A stretch of DNA of 62,718 nt, the filler included, from Sphacelaria rigidula (lineage: Eukaryota), in NCBI GenBank assembly GCA_964200075.2. It is 5 parts of 5 records of this genome, joined end to end, with 100 filler letters (N's around TTAATTAATTAA, not from the genome) between each part and the next. Parts side by side here need not be neighbours in the genome. Positions count along the whole stretch, not along the records: positions 12,565 to 25,028 come from CAXNAA020003741.1; 4 more parts are not named here. One strand, 5' to 3'. Position numbers and translations under genes: made by a program. Below are positions 12,943 to 25,128 of the stretch, piece after piece; position 1 is the first letter of the stretch, and the number at the start of each line of letters is the position of its first letter. The notes beneath the pieces are model-generated. The model worked only from the letters and a program-made list of their open reading frames with translations, searched no databases and was not told where the DNA came from.

Positions 12943-15900
12943 ATGGCAGCTCAGCAGGACCTGGCCATCAACGAGTGGCGCACGGCGGACCTACGGTTGA
13001 ACGATGTTGAATTCCTGGGCAGCTGGGCGGCGGCGTTTGAGCACGCCGAGCGGTTCAACCGCGCCGTTGTCACGGTAGGCGACATGGTGGGCCGCGGGGG
13101 CCAAGGCGGGGTGTACCCCCTGGAATCTGCAGACCCCGAGCTTCAACGTCGCGTGATGGAATTTACGGGGGACAGGGGAGTCGTGGTGAAGACGGCAGGG
13201 AAGGTATGCAAACGATTTCGCGTTCATGGTGAAGGCTTCGTAAAGTAAGTTGAGGCACTTGTGATGAGAGGCATGTGGGACTTTTGTCGTCGGAATGACG
13301 CACGCGTTTTCGGCGGATCTGGTGTACATGGAGCCAGCAGGAGCTTTTTGCATAGTAGAGTGGTATCATGCCACTCTTGATGAGCATTGGGTATCAACGA
13401 AGACCGACGGTTGCACACGCTTCGCTACGTCATGCACATGGCAGCCGAAGCGCTTGCTGGGTGTGTTTTCTGTTGCGTTCGAGCGCGTGAAATCAACGGG
13501 CATGAAGGGCGTTCGGCGGGCGCTGTTTTTGCACGCATGCACACGCATATCGTATTCGCCGAGTACGAGAGCTGAAATAGCTGATTATAACTGACAAGCT
13601 CTACGCACATGAATTTACTGCTCTCGCCGTTCACTGACTCAGGACGCCAGCGAGGATGAAGACAAGGGCATGCTGATGGAGATCGGCAACTTGGCCAGGT
13701 GAGAAAATTGTGCAACACCCAGGGTGAAACTGGTACGCACGAGAGATGAGTAGCGTACGCTGCTGAACAGCATGGGATCAGACAGAAAGGTTATATTTTT
13801 AGCGGTATATTGACAGTACAGAGGAGCAGGCTGGTTGATGTGGGATCATGTTTTGAAATCAAGTCCTGCGTGTCGGCACCATACGTGAATCGGGCAGGGG
13901 ATAACTCTGCGCTGACACGGAGCAGTTGGTCACGGCGCGAGTTCATACACCATGCTTTCGTACAGTGCTTGTTTTGACGGCCGGCAAGGCATCGCAATGG
14001 AGGGGCCAACGTGGGACATGGGTTGGGTCAAGCAGACGGCCTTGCCCCTCCCACCTCCGGCGGAATTTCACGGATCAAGTGTCACGCGGTACACCGCTCA
14101 CTTGGCGTGTTGGCAACTCTTAGAGGAGACTCACATCGTCACTCTTTTCCCTTGCCTGCCTGCGCTCGTGTATGACTCTGCTTGCCTCGACTGTACCCGC
14201 ACAGCCTCCGAGAGCACCACATGTGCCTCGTGGAGGTGTACAACATGTCGATACTGACGGCGACCGTCGTCATGGAGGCCATGGACATGAGCCTCCACGG
14301 CCTGCTGGGGGGGGAAGAAAATAGGCTTAGCCACCTCTCCGACAATGTCTTGGTGAAGTGAGTGACACAGTGAACACTTTGCTTCACCGGTAGGCTGTCC
14401 GTGTGTGTGTTCTCTCTTCACCTAGTCTTGACCAACCTTTGAGTGCATACCACCTGTGAATTGAGCGTGTGCGTATGTATGTGAGTGTGCTGCCCTTCGT
14501 CAGCGATCTGTGACGGTGTAAGAGACAACCAACTAGACTACTGACCAGTCAGCGCTGACTGGTCAGTAGTCTAGTTGGTTGTCTTTGTCACTCTGAGGAG
14601 GGCGATCCCTCTTGCCAGCGCTCTATCGACTGCAATGAGGACCTCTGATGTTATCCCTCTCACCGTACCCTAGAGCTACTCGTCCCCCCCACTCATTTCC
14701 AGAGTGTGTGCACTGGGGTCCCTAGCAGGACTCTCCAAACATAGCCACCAGGCTATACCCCACCCATCTTCTTTCGGCCATTTTCTTACAGAGGTTTTCT
14801 CTCCTTAGGACCTAATGGTTACAGAGGTTTCCTCTCCTCTTTTTCCTTCAAAGAAACTGCGTCCGACGGAAATCGAACCAGCGACTAACTTTTGTGACGG
14901 TTTCAGAGACAACCAACTACACTACTGACCAGTCAGCGCTGACTGGTCAGTAGTGAAGTTGGTTGTCTCTGAAACCGTCACAGGTCGCAGCAGGTTCGGA
15001 CGCGTCCTTTCGTGACGTGTTCTACTTGCGCATGTGCATCGAGAGTGGGCGTTCGTCTGGTGTAAGCATGCCGCCCTCTACTTGTCTTCCGTTGTACATT
15101 TGACCTCCTCCACTGCTCGAGATGAGTCGGCAGTCTCAAGGGACCAATTCCGTCGACTTGTATCGATCCTCTCTTGCTACCTCACTTCCTAATGCTTTCC
15201 ACGACGGAATCAACGAAAAGACACATACCGTCGGGATTTGAATCCCTACTACGCCCGAACTGGTAGATGCACCGGGGCGCGGCGGCTGTTCCGTGAGCGT
15301 CCGTCCATTTGATCCTGTGCTCGCTGCGCCGTGCTATCGAGTTTTGAGTTTTACAAGCGCCAAGCCAATGCGCCCGACTGCTCCATGCATGGAAAGGGAC
15401 TCGTTACCGCCCCACCTGTGTTATGTTGCTCAGCTGTTGCTGTTTTGTGCCCACCTATCAGGCTTGCGCGAGATGCTTCCAGGGGCCTCGCGCACCTCCA
15501 TAAAAACGGCCTCGTCCACGGTGACGTCAAGCCCGCTAATATGATGGTGAACTTCTTGACGGGGGGGAAGGCACTCCTAAAGATCGTAGACTTGGGGCAT
15601 GCAGGCAGTGAGTATTTTTAGTAGACCGTGAGTTCTCCACTGGGTCGTGAGTAGTTTAAAGGGCGGTGAATTTTTCACTGGGCTGTGAGTATTTTAGTGG
15701 GCCATGAGTATTCACTGAGGCCGCGAGTACTCTATGGACCGTGACGTGCGCACGGTTTCAGGGTACAGTGGCGCGAATGTTCGCCAACCCATATTTGCCC
15801 TGGGGGTGTGCTGTTTGATGGCCCTTCGTTTCACCAACCCATGAAAAGCTCAACGACACACAAACAGCTCAATGACTACTCTGCCAAAACTCGGGTCGCC

Positions 15901-16192
15901 GCGTTCCTTCTGTGCGCAGTGTCCGGTATGGCCCTCACCGGCACTTCATGGAGCACCAGCTCCCCGGAGGTGCTGCACATTTTTGCGCTCGACGACGAGG
16001 CGGACATTCGCGAGAGGCCTCGTCTGCACCCGTCACAAGACACCTACAGCTTGGGGCTGATCATCCAGATGCTGTTATCTCGCTCGAACGTGCCAACGAC
16101 AGACGCATCGGTGGGTGTTCGTTATTCTTGTACACGAATAGAACCGAGGACCTTGTTGTCGTTTCTAGCCGTAAACACGAATATATACCTGG

Positions 16193-16223
<31 letters not shown>

Positions 16224-19200
16224 ATGTATCACAGGGGCGCGGAGCGTGTGTTTTGATGACCATCTTGATGAATCCAACTCACCAGGTTTGCTTGCAAAGT
16301 CAGCCACGCGGATCTCAATAGTAAGATGTTGGCACTGTGCACGACTGTGTTGAGTGCCTACCGTGTACCTGAACCGTAGCATTGATGTTTTAGGTGCTGC
16401 TGTGCGAGTTTTACAGTAGTTCCCCCACGCCGGTGGTGAGCATGTCTCCCTACAAGTGTGCGTGTGTGTGTTGGCATGAAATTTGGGCTGAAGCTACCAA
16501 GAGCAAGCTTTGAACTAGAAATCCCTATTGTTTGTGTAGTGATTCCCCATGTCGCGTCCGCTGGCGAGCCGTTCTTTCGCTGCAACGACAACTGTTGGGG
16601 TCATTTGATGTCGAGGAGGGCTGTTGCAAAAGAGCAGTGGGGAAATAGGAAGTGCAATATGCGTCGAGTTCATGAACAGCAGAAGACAAGCATTAACGGA
16701 ACGTCCCTGTGGTTTATATATTTGGGTCAAGCCTGGAACATTTCTGTGGTGGAAACGTACTCAACTGGAGCGGCATAAACGTGCTCTTCGAAGTTCTCAG
16801 CAGTAGGGTTTGCAACGCCTCGCCATCTCTTGGGACTGTATCCAAGCGTTTTCGCTTGTTCCTCTCCCGCAATCTCTGCCTATGAAACACATCTTCCTAC
16901 ATTGAAAATACCGCATGCCTTCAACAAGTATTCATGACCAATGACTCCTATGGGTATACCTGAAAAATGACGATGGTCGATTTTACGACGACGACTCCCA
17001 TGACTGAGAGACGTAGTCGGCGTACGTGTTGAAACGTCTTGCGCCTTGTAAATGGGCGGTGCCGGTCCATGATGGCATAAGTCAACTGTTTGCAGGATGG
17101 TGGTTGATTCGAGGTTTACCGCTCTTGGTCAGGTCACATACATCAACAGGTGTCGTTCCCTCCAAGTTTTCTCCCTGACGAAGGACGATTGTTATTGGCT
17201 ACTGTTGTCTGGTCATGACAACGGCAAGATACGATGGGTGATCTGGATGAATGTTACAATAACGATCAAGGTGCACACAGGGGGAAGCCAGTGGTTAATT
17301 GTTTGCTACGCATTGGATAGGTTTTCATGATGTTGTCTAGGCAAGAGTTGGAGTCCAGTCCCATAGAGTTATGCAAAAGACTCATCTCTTATGGCAACCA
17401 TTCTCTCGATTTGTACAAACTACGAAGGTTTCAGGCCGTCTACAGGCGAGTTTCTCCCATGGATTGCTTTTCCGGACCCCAGTCCGTTGGTTAGTGTTTT
17501 CCGGCTAGCTGTGAGCAAACCAGCATCAATTCTCCGATTCTCTGGACGTTGGATATTGGTATGTCACCTTTTTCCTCAGATCGGGACACTCCCGCATCTC
17601 CCCCGATTTCTTGAAAACATCTGGGGACATGCGGGAGTGCCCCGATCTGAGGAAAAAGGTGACATATCAATATCCAACGTCCAGAGAATCGGAGAATTGA
17701 TGCTGGTTTGTTCACAGCTAGCCGAAAAACAGTGCCTAACGGACTGGGGTCCGAAAAATCAATCACGGGAGAAAATCGCCTGCAGACGGGCTGAAATCCT
17801 CATATGTGTACAAACCGAGAGATTGGTTGGGTTGCCATAGAAATAAAAGATCGTCCGAGACGGTACCGAGTATACCGCTTGCATTTGAAGTCGCCGCAGG
17901 GCTTTGTGGTTGCACGGCCGACGAAGCACAGCACTGAGCAACACGAGCATCCTGGGTGCAGTGGTGTGCGTTCCATAACCATGTGGTCCATGCAAGACTC
18001 GTTTCTACAGTCATCCGAGCTTTGGCGAATAGATCTATTGTGGGTTTCCACGTTCAGTGATGCTAGATTGTGGATGTTGCAACGCCACTTTGCTGCACTC
18101 GTATCGCTCGCTTTTAATTTTTTCTTGACGGTAGCCCGCCAGCACAAAGTAGTTTTGTACGCTGGCTAAAGACGTTGAGGGGGGTCATAATTGCCAACAA
18201 TAATTACGTCAGGTATTGAGCGCCAACAGGCGCGAGCGCGTAGATACTGTTCTGTGGTTTGACCACGAAGGTATACTGCAGCACAACATACACACATGAC
18301 GCTTTTTTTCCGCACACGCACGAAGGACCAGCGAGCGAACGCGTCAAGCACCCCGCTTGGAACACGTATAAGCGTGAGCGCTAAGACCAAATCCCACGAA
18401 GTCGGCGACGATCTGGAGGAACGACGGAGTCTGTAGTCGATGAACTACGATGATACGCGCATGTCCTTACCTTACCCACTTTTGTTGTGCGTTGGTCATT
18501 TGTTGTGCAGAACGTTCACTCATCCGACATGAATTAATCACGCCTGGTGTAACTATCGCTACTGGACGACTGTACCCCCGAAACGTCAAATTGCGAATAC
18601 AAACAGCGTTTCCATCTCCCGTCCCGCTCACCCCTCCCTCACCCTCTCCCGGCTGGACAAGACTGTCGCGCAGCTGCTCCCCTCTTCGCTATCAAACTAA
18701 GCCACGTGATGCATGTGGATGTATTTGAGGGACAACTTGCTGTGCCCCTCGTTGCGTGCCACTCCCCCTTCCCTCCCCTCTCGAAGACGCGTGGTCAACG
18801 ATATAGAAGTCAAGTCACCTCCCTCATTATCCCCACGTTCTGTGTGGTTTGAGTTCCAGGATGAGTGCGGTGTCGAGGCCAGAGGTTATCGTAGTAGCTA
18901 CATGTATCTCAAGGGAAATTACATGATATCCTGCACGTCGACGTGTGAGATCCAGTGAAGATGCGCCCCCCACCCCACCCCACCCCACCGCACCTCACCC
19001 CATGGCCTCTCCGGCTCGAACACGCAAAGACGCATCGGTCACCCGCACCCGACCAATGCCACAACATTCTGCTCTCCATGTCTCCAGGTGCTGCAGCAGC
19101 ACGGGGTGGTGCCCCGGGGCCTCGAGGACGAATACGCGCACCTGCGCCAACGTGCCGACAGCCAAAACGTGATGGGGGCGCCCGACGCCCAACTCCTCGA

Positions 19201-20445
19201 CGCGCGTCTGGATCGGGAATACGTGAGTGCGATGATGGTACCGTAGCATAATGAGATATGTTGTGCTCGTGGTGGAACGTGCCGTGGGAGCAGGACCAAG
19301 GCGCTAGGTGTATCTTTACTGCCCCGTTCGCTGTTGAGGGTAGGTCGAGGCGAGAGTCGTACTTGTGTTTTGACGGCAGCTGGAGTGGCCGGTGCCGCGC
19401 ATTGCTGCTGCGGGCCCGCCGTCCACACGAAGCCTGACGCTGCATACTTTTCCCCTCTGCGCGTGACCAATAATGCACCGCAGTCTGTCGGATCAGGTAT
19501 GGTGGTGAAGACTCAGGACCCAGGCCAGTTCATCCTCGCGAGGCACGTGTGGGGGGAGCAGGATACACTTGAGTACGCTGACGAGGTAAAGATGCACAGA
19601 TGGTTGTTTTGGGTACCTTTGCTCACAAACACATGTGGAGAGTGTAAATGATGATAGTAGCTCACCTTCACTTGGAGGTACTCCAGCGAAGACGAGCACG
19701 CTCTCGTGTTTGACGCGCTGCAGCCAGTACACCAACTGGTTCGATCATGTTCCCACACGTCAATGTCTTGCAGGCACGCTGTGTGGAGAATATCTATGTG
19801 CACGTGCTGTATGGATGGCACCTACTTTTTCAACACATTTTTGCACGCGCCCCCTCCCCCACCGCCACCAGCAAGCACGAAATTCCAAAGCAGGCACGTA
19901 CAGTACATGAAGGAAGGACAACCCTTTCCCCCACGTTGGCACATTGCACGTGGTGCACGTGTTGCAGCAACGTCCTCGCGTTCCCCCCCGCCCCTTTATC
20001 TCCCTTGAGTATTGAGTATTGAGTATTCCCCCACGCCCGCCATCCCTTACTCCCTGCCTGCACTCGGTCTTGTGTCTCCTGCACAACACACGCATGCACA
20101 CACGCAGCTTGTGACTGTACTGCGGAATGTTCTTCATGTAGACCCGCTCGTCCGCATGAAACTGGCGGACCTCGTCGAAGTCATGACTCCAACAAGCCCG
20201 CTGTTCGACCGGAAGGGGCCGGGGTGTCGACCTCTGCCACAACACGTAAAGGAAACGGTCAATGCCCTCCGCGAGCAGCAGGTGAACCACACCGATTCCA
20301 CCCCGGAGTGGCTGGCAAAGGTCGGCCGGTGGTGGGAGAGATGTAGCTTTACACACCTCATCCAGTGATGAGTCCACAGATTGTTGCGGCGATGGGCGAC
20401 ATGGGTCTGCTTCGGCGTGGGGTGATCAACGTACGGACGGTATAG
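12943..20445 (+). CDS. Ser/Thr protein kinase, non-RD type (multi-exon; start and last exon uncertain)
   Basis: Phase-consistent GT-AG exons: ..13203 (GRGGQGGVY glycine loop, VVVK), 13643-13698 (alphaC Glu), 14205-14357 (VVMEAMDMSL), 15462-15607 (HGDVKPAN, DLG), 15920-16110 (SPE, DTYSLG), 19088-19222, 19484-19585, 20108-20320 (DPLVR). It ends either by read-through at 20368 or via exon 20380-20445. ATG at 12943 is in gccATGG context, but an in-frame Asp/Ser-rich tract (~12720-12940) suggests a possible upstream start. Confidence 0.88.
14509..14982. mobile_element. Composite element: tRNA-headed SINE-like core flanked by two palindromic direct repeats
   Basis: Perfect 62-bp palindrome 14523-14584 and 90-bp palindrome with one mismatch 14893-14982, both centred on AGCGCT. 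The minus strand from 14937 has an A-box (TAGTGTAGTTGG) and a B-box (GGTTCGATTTCC, 14868-14879). Confidence 0.7.
15608..15746 (+). repeat. ~19-bp minisatellite (8 units) beginning at the kinase splice donor
   Basis: GTGAGT-like starts at 15608, 15628, 15647, 15666, 15685, 15704, 15723, 15741; consensus approx. GTGAGTATTTTAGTGGGCC. Confidence 0.8.
17390..17839. mobile_element. Palindromic (hairpin) MITE, family B copy 2
   Basis: TATGGCAACC...GGTTGCCATA termini and self-complementary along its whole length; homologous to 6507-6964; lies in a kinase intron. Confidence 0.85.
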
Positions 20446-21349
20446 TCAGTAGAGGATGTTCTAGCTCGGACACGGGGTACGAGGTGGCATGAGAAAGGGC
20501 CACGGGAAGACGAGGCGGTGTGGACCGTCCGTTGGCAACTACACGCCCCAATCCAATTGTGTCGAGCGTGGGACATGTATTCTACTCGCTATGCTTGAGG
20601 TAGCTTGAAGACAAGATGCGCACGGGTCGAGAAAGACACGAGATGACGCATTTGGCTTGGCACGACTGGGGGTGGGGAGGGGGGCGGTGACGCGGGCATA
20701 AGGATAAGGCTTTGTATATTCCGAGATTTAAACAGGCATTGCTTCTCCGCCTGTGGACTACCAGAGGTGATGCGAGATCGGTTTCACACGGCAAAGCACG
20801 GGGGGCATGGAGGCGGCATGGAAGAGGATCCCGCGAGAACGTCGCGTTTTAGGTGATTCGTTCGTAGGTAGACACCCCACACAGACAGTGCGTCGTGGTC
20901 GGCCTTTCCAAAATTCCGTGCACGAGATTCGCCCAGCTCGTAGGAACACGGTGAAACGATACCGGCCGCGGATGATGATGATGTACAGGCATATCCTGGG
21001 TCTAGATTTGGGCAGTATGTCTCGTCATCGTTCGTCCACCGTCGTGGAGTGTGTTGCTCCGGGATATCTTGTTCCCCATGCAAGCGTTGTAATGATCGAG
21101 AGTGCTATTTTCATGTTTCAGGAGTTCCGAGGAGGAGGGGTTGTTTTTCTCCACCTCGACGAGTACTATAGCAGTGAAATACAAATCACGAGCAGAAGCG
21201 CCAGGTGTCGGGCGGTCTACAGTAGACAAGGCCCGTGGCAGAGCGAGGGTGGCACGGACCGTTGCACGATAGGCGTGGATACCCATCGTTTTTGTGTTTC
21301 GTTCAAAGTCATGCATGCTGGTATGAAACACGTGCAACGGTGCTCGGGG

Positions 21350-21790
21350 TAGAGTATTTTTTACCGTTGATACCGTGGGTACTCTGGAATGTTTTTGTCT
21401 GTTGATGCCTGGGGTACCCGGAGTACTCAGAACTTGTGCTCAATACTGCGGGAATTCTATCGGGTGTTTGAGGAGGCTACTTTGACATCTATACTGTACC
21501 CTGACGCACTCAGTTCTTCTGTATCCCGGAATACTGAGTATCTCGGCACGAGATACCCCCGGTACCCGGAGGATCTGGTAGTCGTACTCAGTGTCCGGGG
21601 TACTCGGTGGGGTGTTTCGACTGGCGGGTACCCGGAGCACCTGGAAGTCATCAGTACGTTCGGCAGTCGATGACCTGCGTACCCTGGAGTGCCTGGTGCT
21701 CCAAATACCCCTGAAAATCAAAATCAAGGATACCCCAGGGTACCAACCCTACCCGAAGGAATTTTGCACCTTTAGTAGGGGTGTGTCGGT
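21350..21790. repeat. Degenerate GGTACCC/GGAGTACTC-rich repeat element
   Basis: Multiple GG(G)TACCCGGAG(T/C)AC(T/C) subrepeats; no coding signal. Confidence 0.45.
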
Positions 21791-24700
21791 ACCGATATAC
21801 ACAGGTGTATCGCATCGTATCGTTTCTGTTTTTGTCACACTTTTAACTCGTCCCCTTCTTGGTCCAGACGAGTCTGGTCTCCAGGGATTATGTAGTTTTC
21901 TAGCGTTTTTTTTTTACATTGGCGGTAGCGGAGCAAAAAAAGAAGGGTTCGATACGACGTGGAGGACCAAATGTTGCTGGTCACATGGGATTGTTGCAAC
22001 CTTTAGCAGATTTGGGGTTGAACGTTTTGTCACGAAATTATCTCACCTGCAAATGGAAGCATTTTACCTGGCCCACACCGGCCGTTTGCCGTTGCCGACT
22101 ATATAGGTCATCATCCGTCGGACAATGGCGTCGTATTGTATACCGATATATATATATATATATGTACAGATAAGGGTCACAGTTGCGCGCAGTATAGCAC
22201 AGCACTGCTGTTCGTCGCGAACGATCTCTGCAGCCCCGTTCGGGCCAGGGTGTGATGGCTTTTACCGCTCGCGCCGCGTGAAACATATGACTGTAGATCG
22301 CCCATGGTCCGTGAACGTGTCAATTAGGTGGAAGCCTTTGAGGTTTGCTGTTTTGTTCGATGAACTCGGGGAGAAGAACACGTCGAGGTTCTCGCTGGTG
22401 TCTTGTAGCTCGTGGTCACTGGAAGACGTGTATGCTGGGTCTTGATGCGACTGCAAAGAGGTGGTCGAGGTGAACTTACTCGGCGTGCTTCGCGTTGGAC
22501 TCCATCTGCCCCATATTAAGTAGAGACGGCTATGGGGTGCAGATCACATTTCCCCAATGGAGGTGCCCATGATGCTGTCGTCGGATTCGTTGAAAAGATT
22601 GAAGTTATGGAGATGCTCAAAGGAGCACAAGAGAAAAAAATCGTGGCCAAACTATTGTCATGGAGAAGTCTTGAGTTGTACGAGATAACCCACATCTTGG
22701 GAATATCTTGAACGTTTTCGAAAATGCTTCTAGAATTGTCCACTTTTTTGTCTGGGTTTTCCTACGTTTAAACACTCTAGTACCCACCACAACCCTGATG
22801 GACTACTGTATCCGGGGCTTTCAAGTGTCATCGGGCCGCCGTTACACCATGGCGGTGGAGATAGCGCTGGCCATCCCGCCAGGCAACTCCGGGCTGCTGA
22901 AGGGAAGCTTGGGTCCGCTCGCCGAGGTCTACGGCATTGGTCCCGAGGACCCGACTCAAAGTATGGAAAACCTGCAAAGCTCAGATAGACGACACCGGGG
23001 AGCCCGACCTCTCAAACTGACGTCGGAGTAGGCGGCCGCCGCTTCTTACTCCAACAAAGGCCGCGGCGCTGCGGACGGTCAACCGGGAGAATCGGCCAGT
23101 TTTTCGACGGTTTGCGTTATTATGATTTGATTTTTTAAACAACCCCCTTGCATCTGTATGCTGTCGAGTTTCACAACGACGGGTCGTGCGAGTGTTCCTT
23201 GGACTACCCCGGGAAGAGTGCTTTTTCTTCATTTCGCTCTGAGGCATTATTTACCGATTTCCGGGGGATTTCAGGCCATAACCACCGGAAGCCGGCAGAA
23301 ATCGCAGAAACCTTTGTAGTAGTTTTCAACAATATACACTATTATACCATGTGGAGCATCAATACCTACCGAATTGCCAAGTTTGAGGGCGATCTGGGCT
23401 TTTCTACCATAGATACAAGGGAAACCATCAGGAGGGTTACAGGATCTTCGGTCAATATCATCAGTGCAAATCCGACGACGTCGAAACCCTGCATCACCAA
23501 AATTCCACGGTGCTGGGTATAACTCGATCCCCTAGTAATCGTCTTCAATTCTGGCATATTCTGGTACATTCCTGAGCTGATGGCAATTATCATATTACGA
23601 TCTGTAGAACTCGGCGATAGTTCTAGTTACGAGCTGGGCCAGCCTAGAGACGGTTTTTTTTGTAGCATGCAGGCGAGTTCGCAATTTCTCACTTAGAGTT
23701 GAACAGTGAAATTTGGTGAGGACATCAAACAGGGCATGAAAAAAGCTGTCTGTGAAGGTATGTCGGGTTCTCACAAGTGTAATTCACAGTGGGGTTCCAT
23801 TTTTTTTTTGTGGTTTAAGAGGATTTCATTAAAAGCTCAAAAACTGATTGTTGCCCCTCACTCATGAAAGAAACAAAAACTTGTGAACTCCACAGGCAGC
23901 TTTTCTTTACGCCCTGTTGATTGTCCATAACAAATTTCGCTGTCCAACTCCAAGTAGAAAAATGTGAAATCGCCTTTGAGAAAGCGGGCCAGTGGAAATT
24001 CGGGACAGTATTTTGCAGGCCGCGGACCGATCCACGTTTGGTGTTTGCGTCTAAACACTTCGTGCGGGACCTCGCTAGGTCATGATGAACGAGAAAAAAT
24101 GGATCAGGTTGGTTGTGTTTCTTTTTTCCGCTGGTCCAGGGCGTATTAATATGGTAACGATCACTCTTTTACGAGACGCCCGGACCTCTTTCCCCCCTCT
24201 CCCGAAAAATAATGAAGGCCCATCTTTTTCATTGAGCGTACCTCCGTCGTTCTCCACGCTAAGGTTCAAATTACAAGTGTTTTTTTAATTGAGCTGAAAA
24301 ATTGAAATCAGGCTCAAGAGCAACGTTCATTCCTCCTCGAAACTCCCCTAAAAACACGACAAAAAATGAGAGAAAACAAAAACGAAAATAATGTGAAAAA
24401 CTGATATTTTTTTAATGTCATCATGCACCAGCGGTTCCCCCCGTACCAAATTTCATAGCACAACTCTCTAAAACTGAGACGCGATATCCAGATTTAGGGC
24501 ATCTACCGCCTCTGCTCGTAATATATTGATTTTAGAATGAAAAATTATGTGTGCGCCAGATCTCGAGATAGATTACGAATTAGGTGGAGGTGAGGGTATC
24601 TATCGTCTCCCCGTGCTCCGGGGAAGGTCCACACAAAAAGTCGTCATCATCCGCTACATGAAATTCATTGGTCACGACTGTAGGTCAGGGAGAGCACTGT

Positions 24701-25028
24701 TTTCGAGTTGAACCTCACCCAAATGTTGAAGCTCAAAAACGGATCCAGGCTGTCAAACGATATTGAATAAAATATTACCGAAAGAATGAAAATAAGGAGA
24801 CACCAAGAAAAACATGATGAGTAGCTTCCCCGAGTTCAACGGTGTGAAAACGAAACACAAAAAACAGATCTGCTAAGAAAGGCAGCTGAGCTGCTCTAGT
24901 GGAGCCAGTTCGCGTGAAAACGTGCCTCCGGCACGGCGCCTCCAGCGGGGCCCCCTCTGCCGGGGAGAGGGGGGAGGGGGGGGGGGCGTACTCATGTGTT
25001 GCTTGCCTTAGTCGTGTGACCATTGACC

Positions 25029-25128
25029 NNNNNNNNNNNNNNNNNNNNNNNNNNNNNNNNNNNNNNNNNNNNTTAATTAATTAANNNNNNNNNNNNNNNN
25101 NNNNNNNNNNNNNNNNNNNNNNNNNNNN
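25029..25128. other. Artificial contig linker
   Basis: N44-TTAATTAATTAA-N44. Confidence 0.98.
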
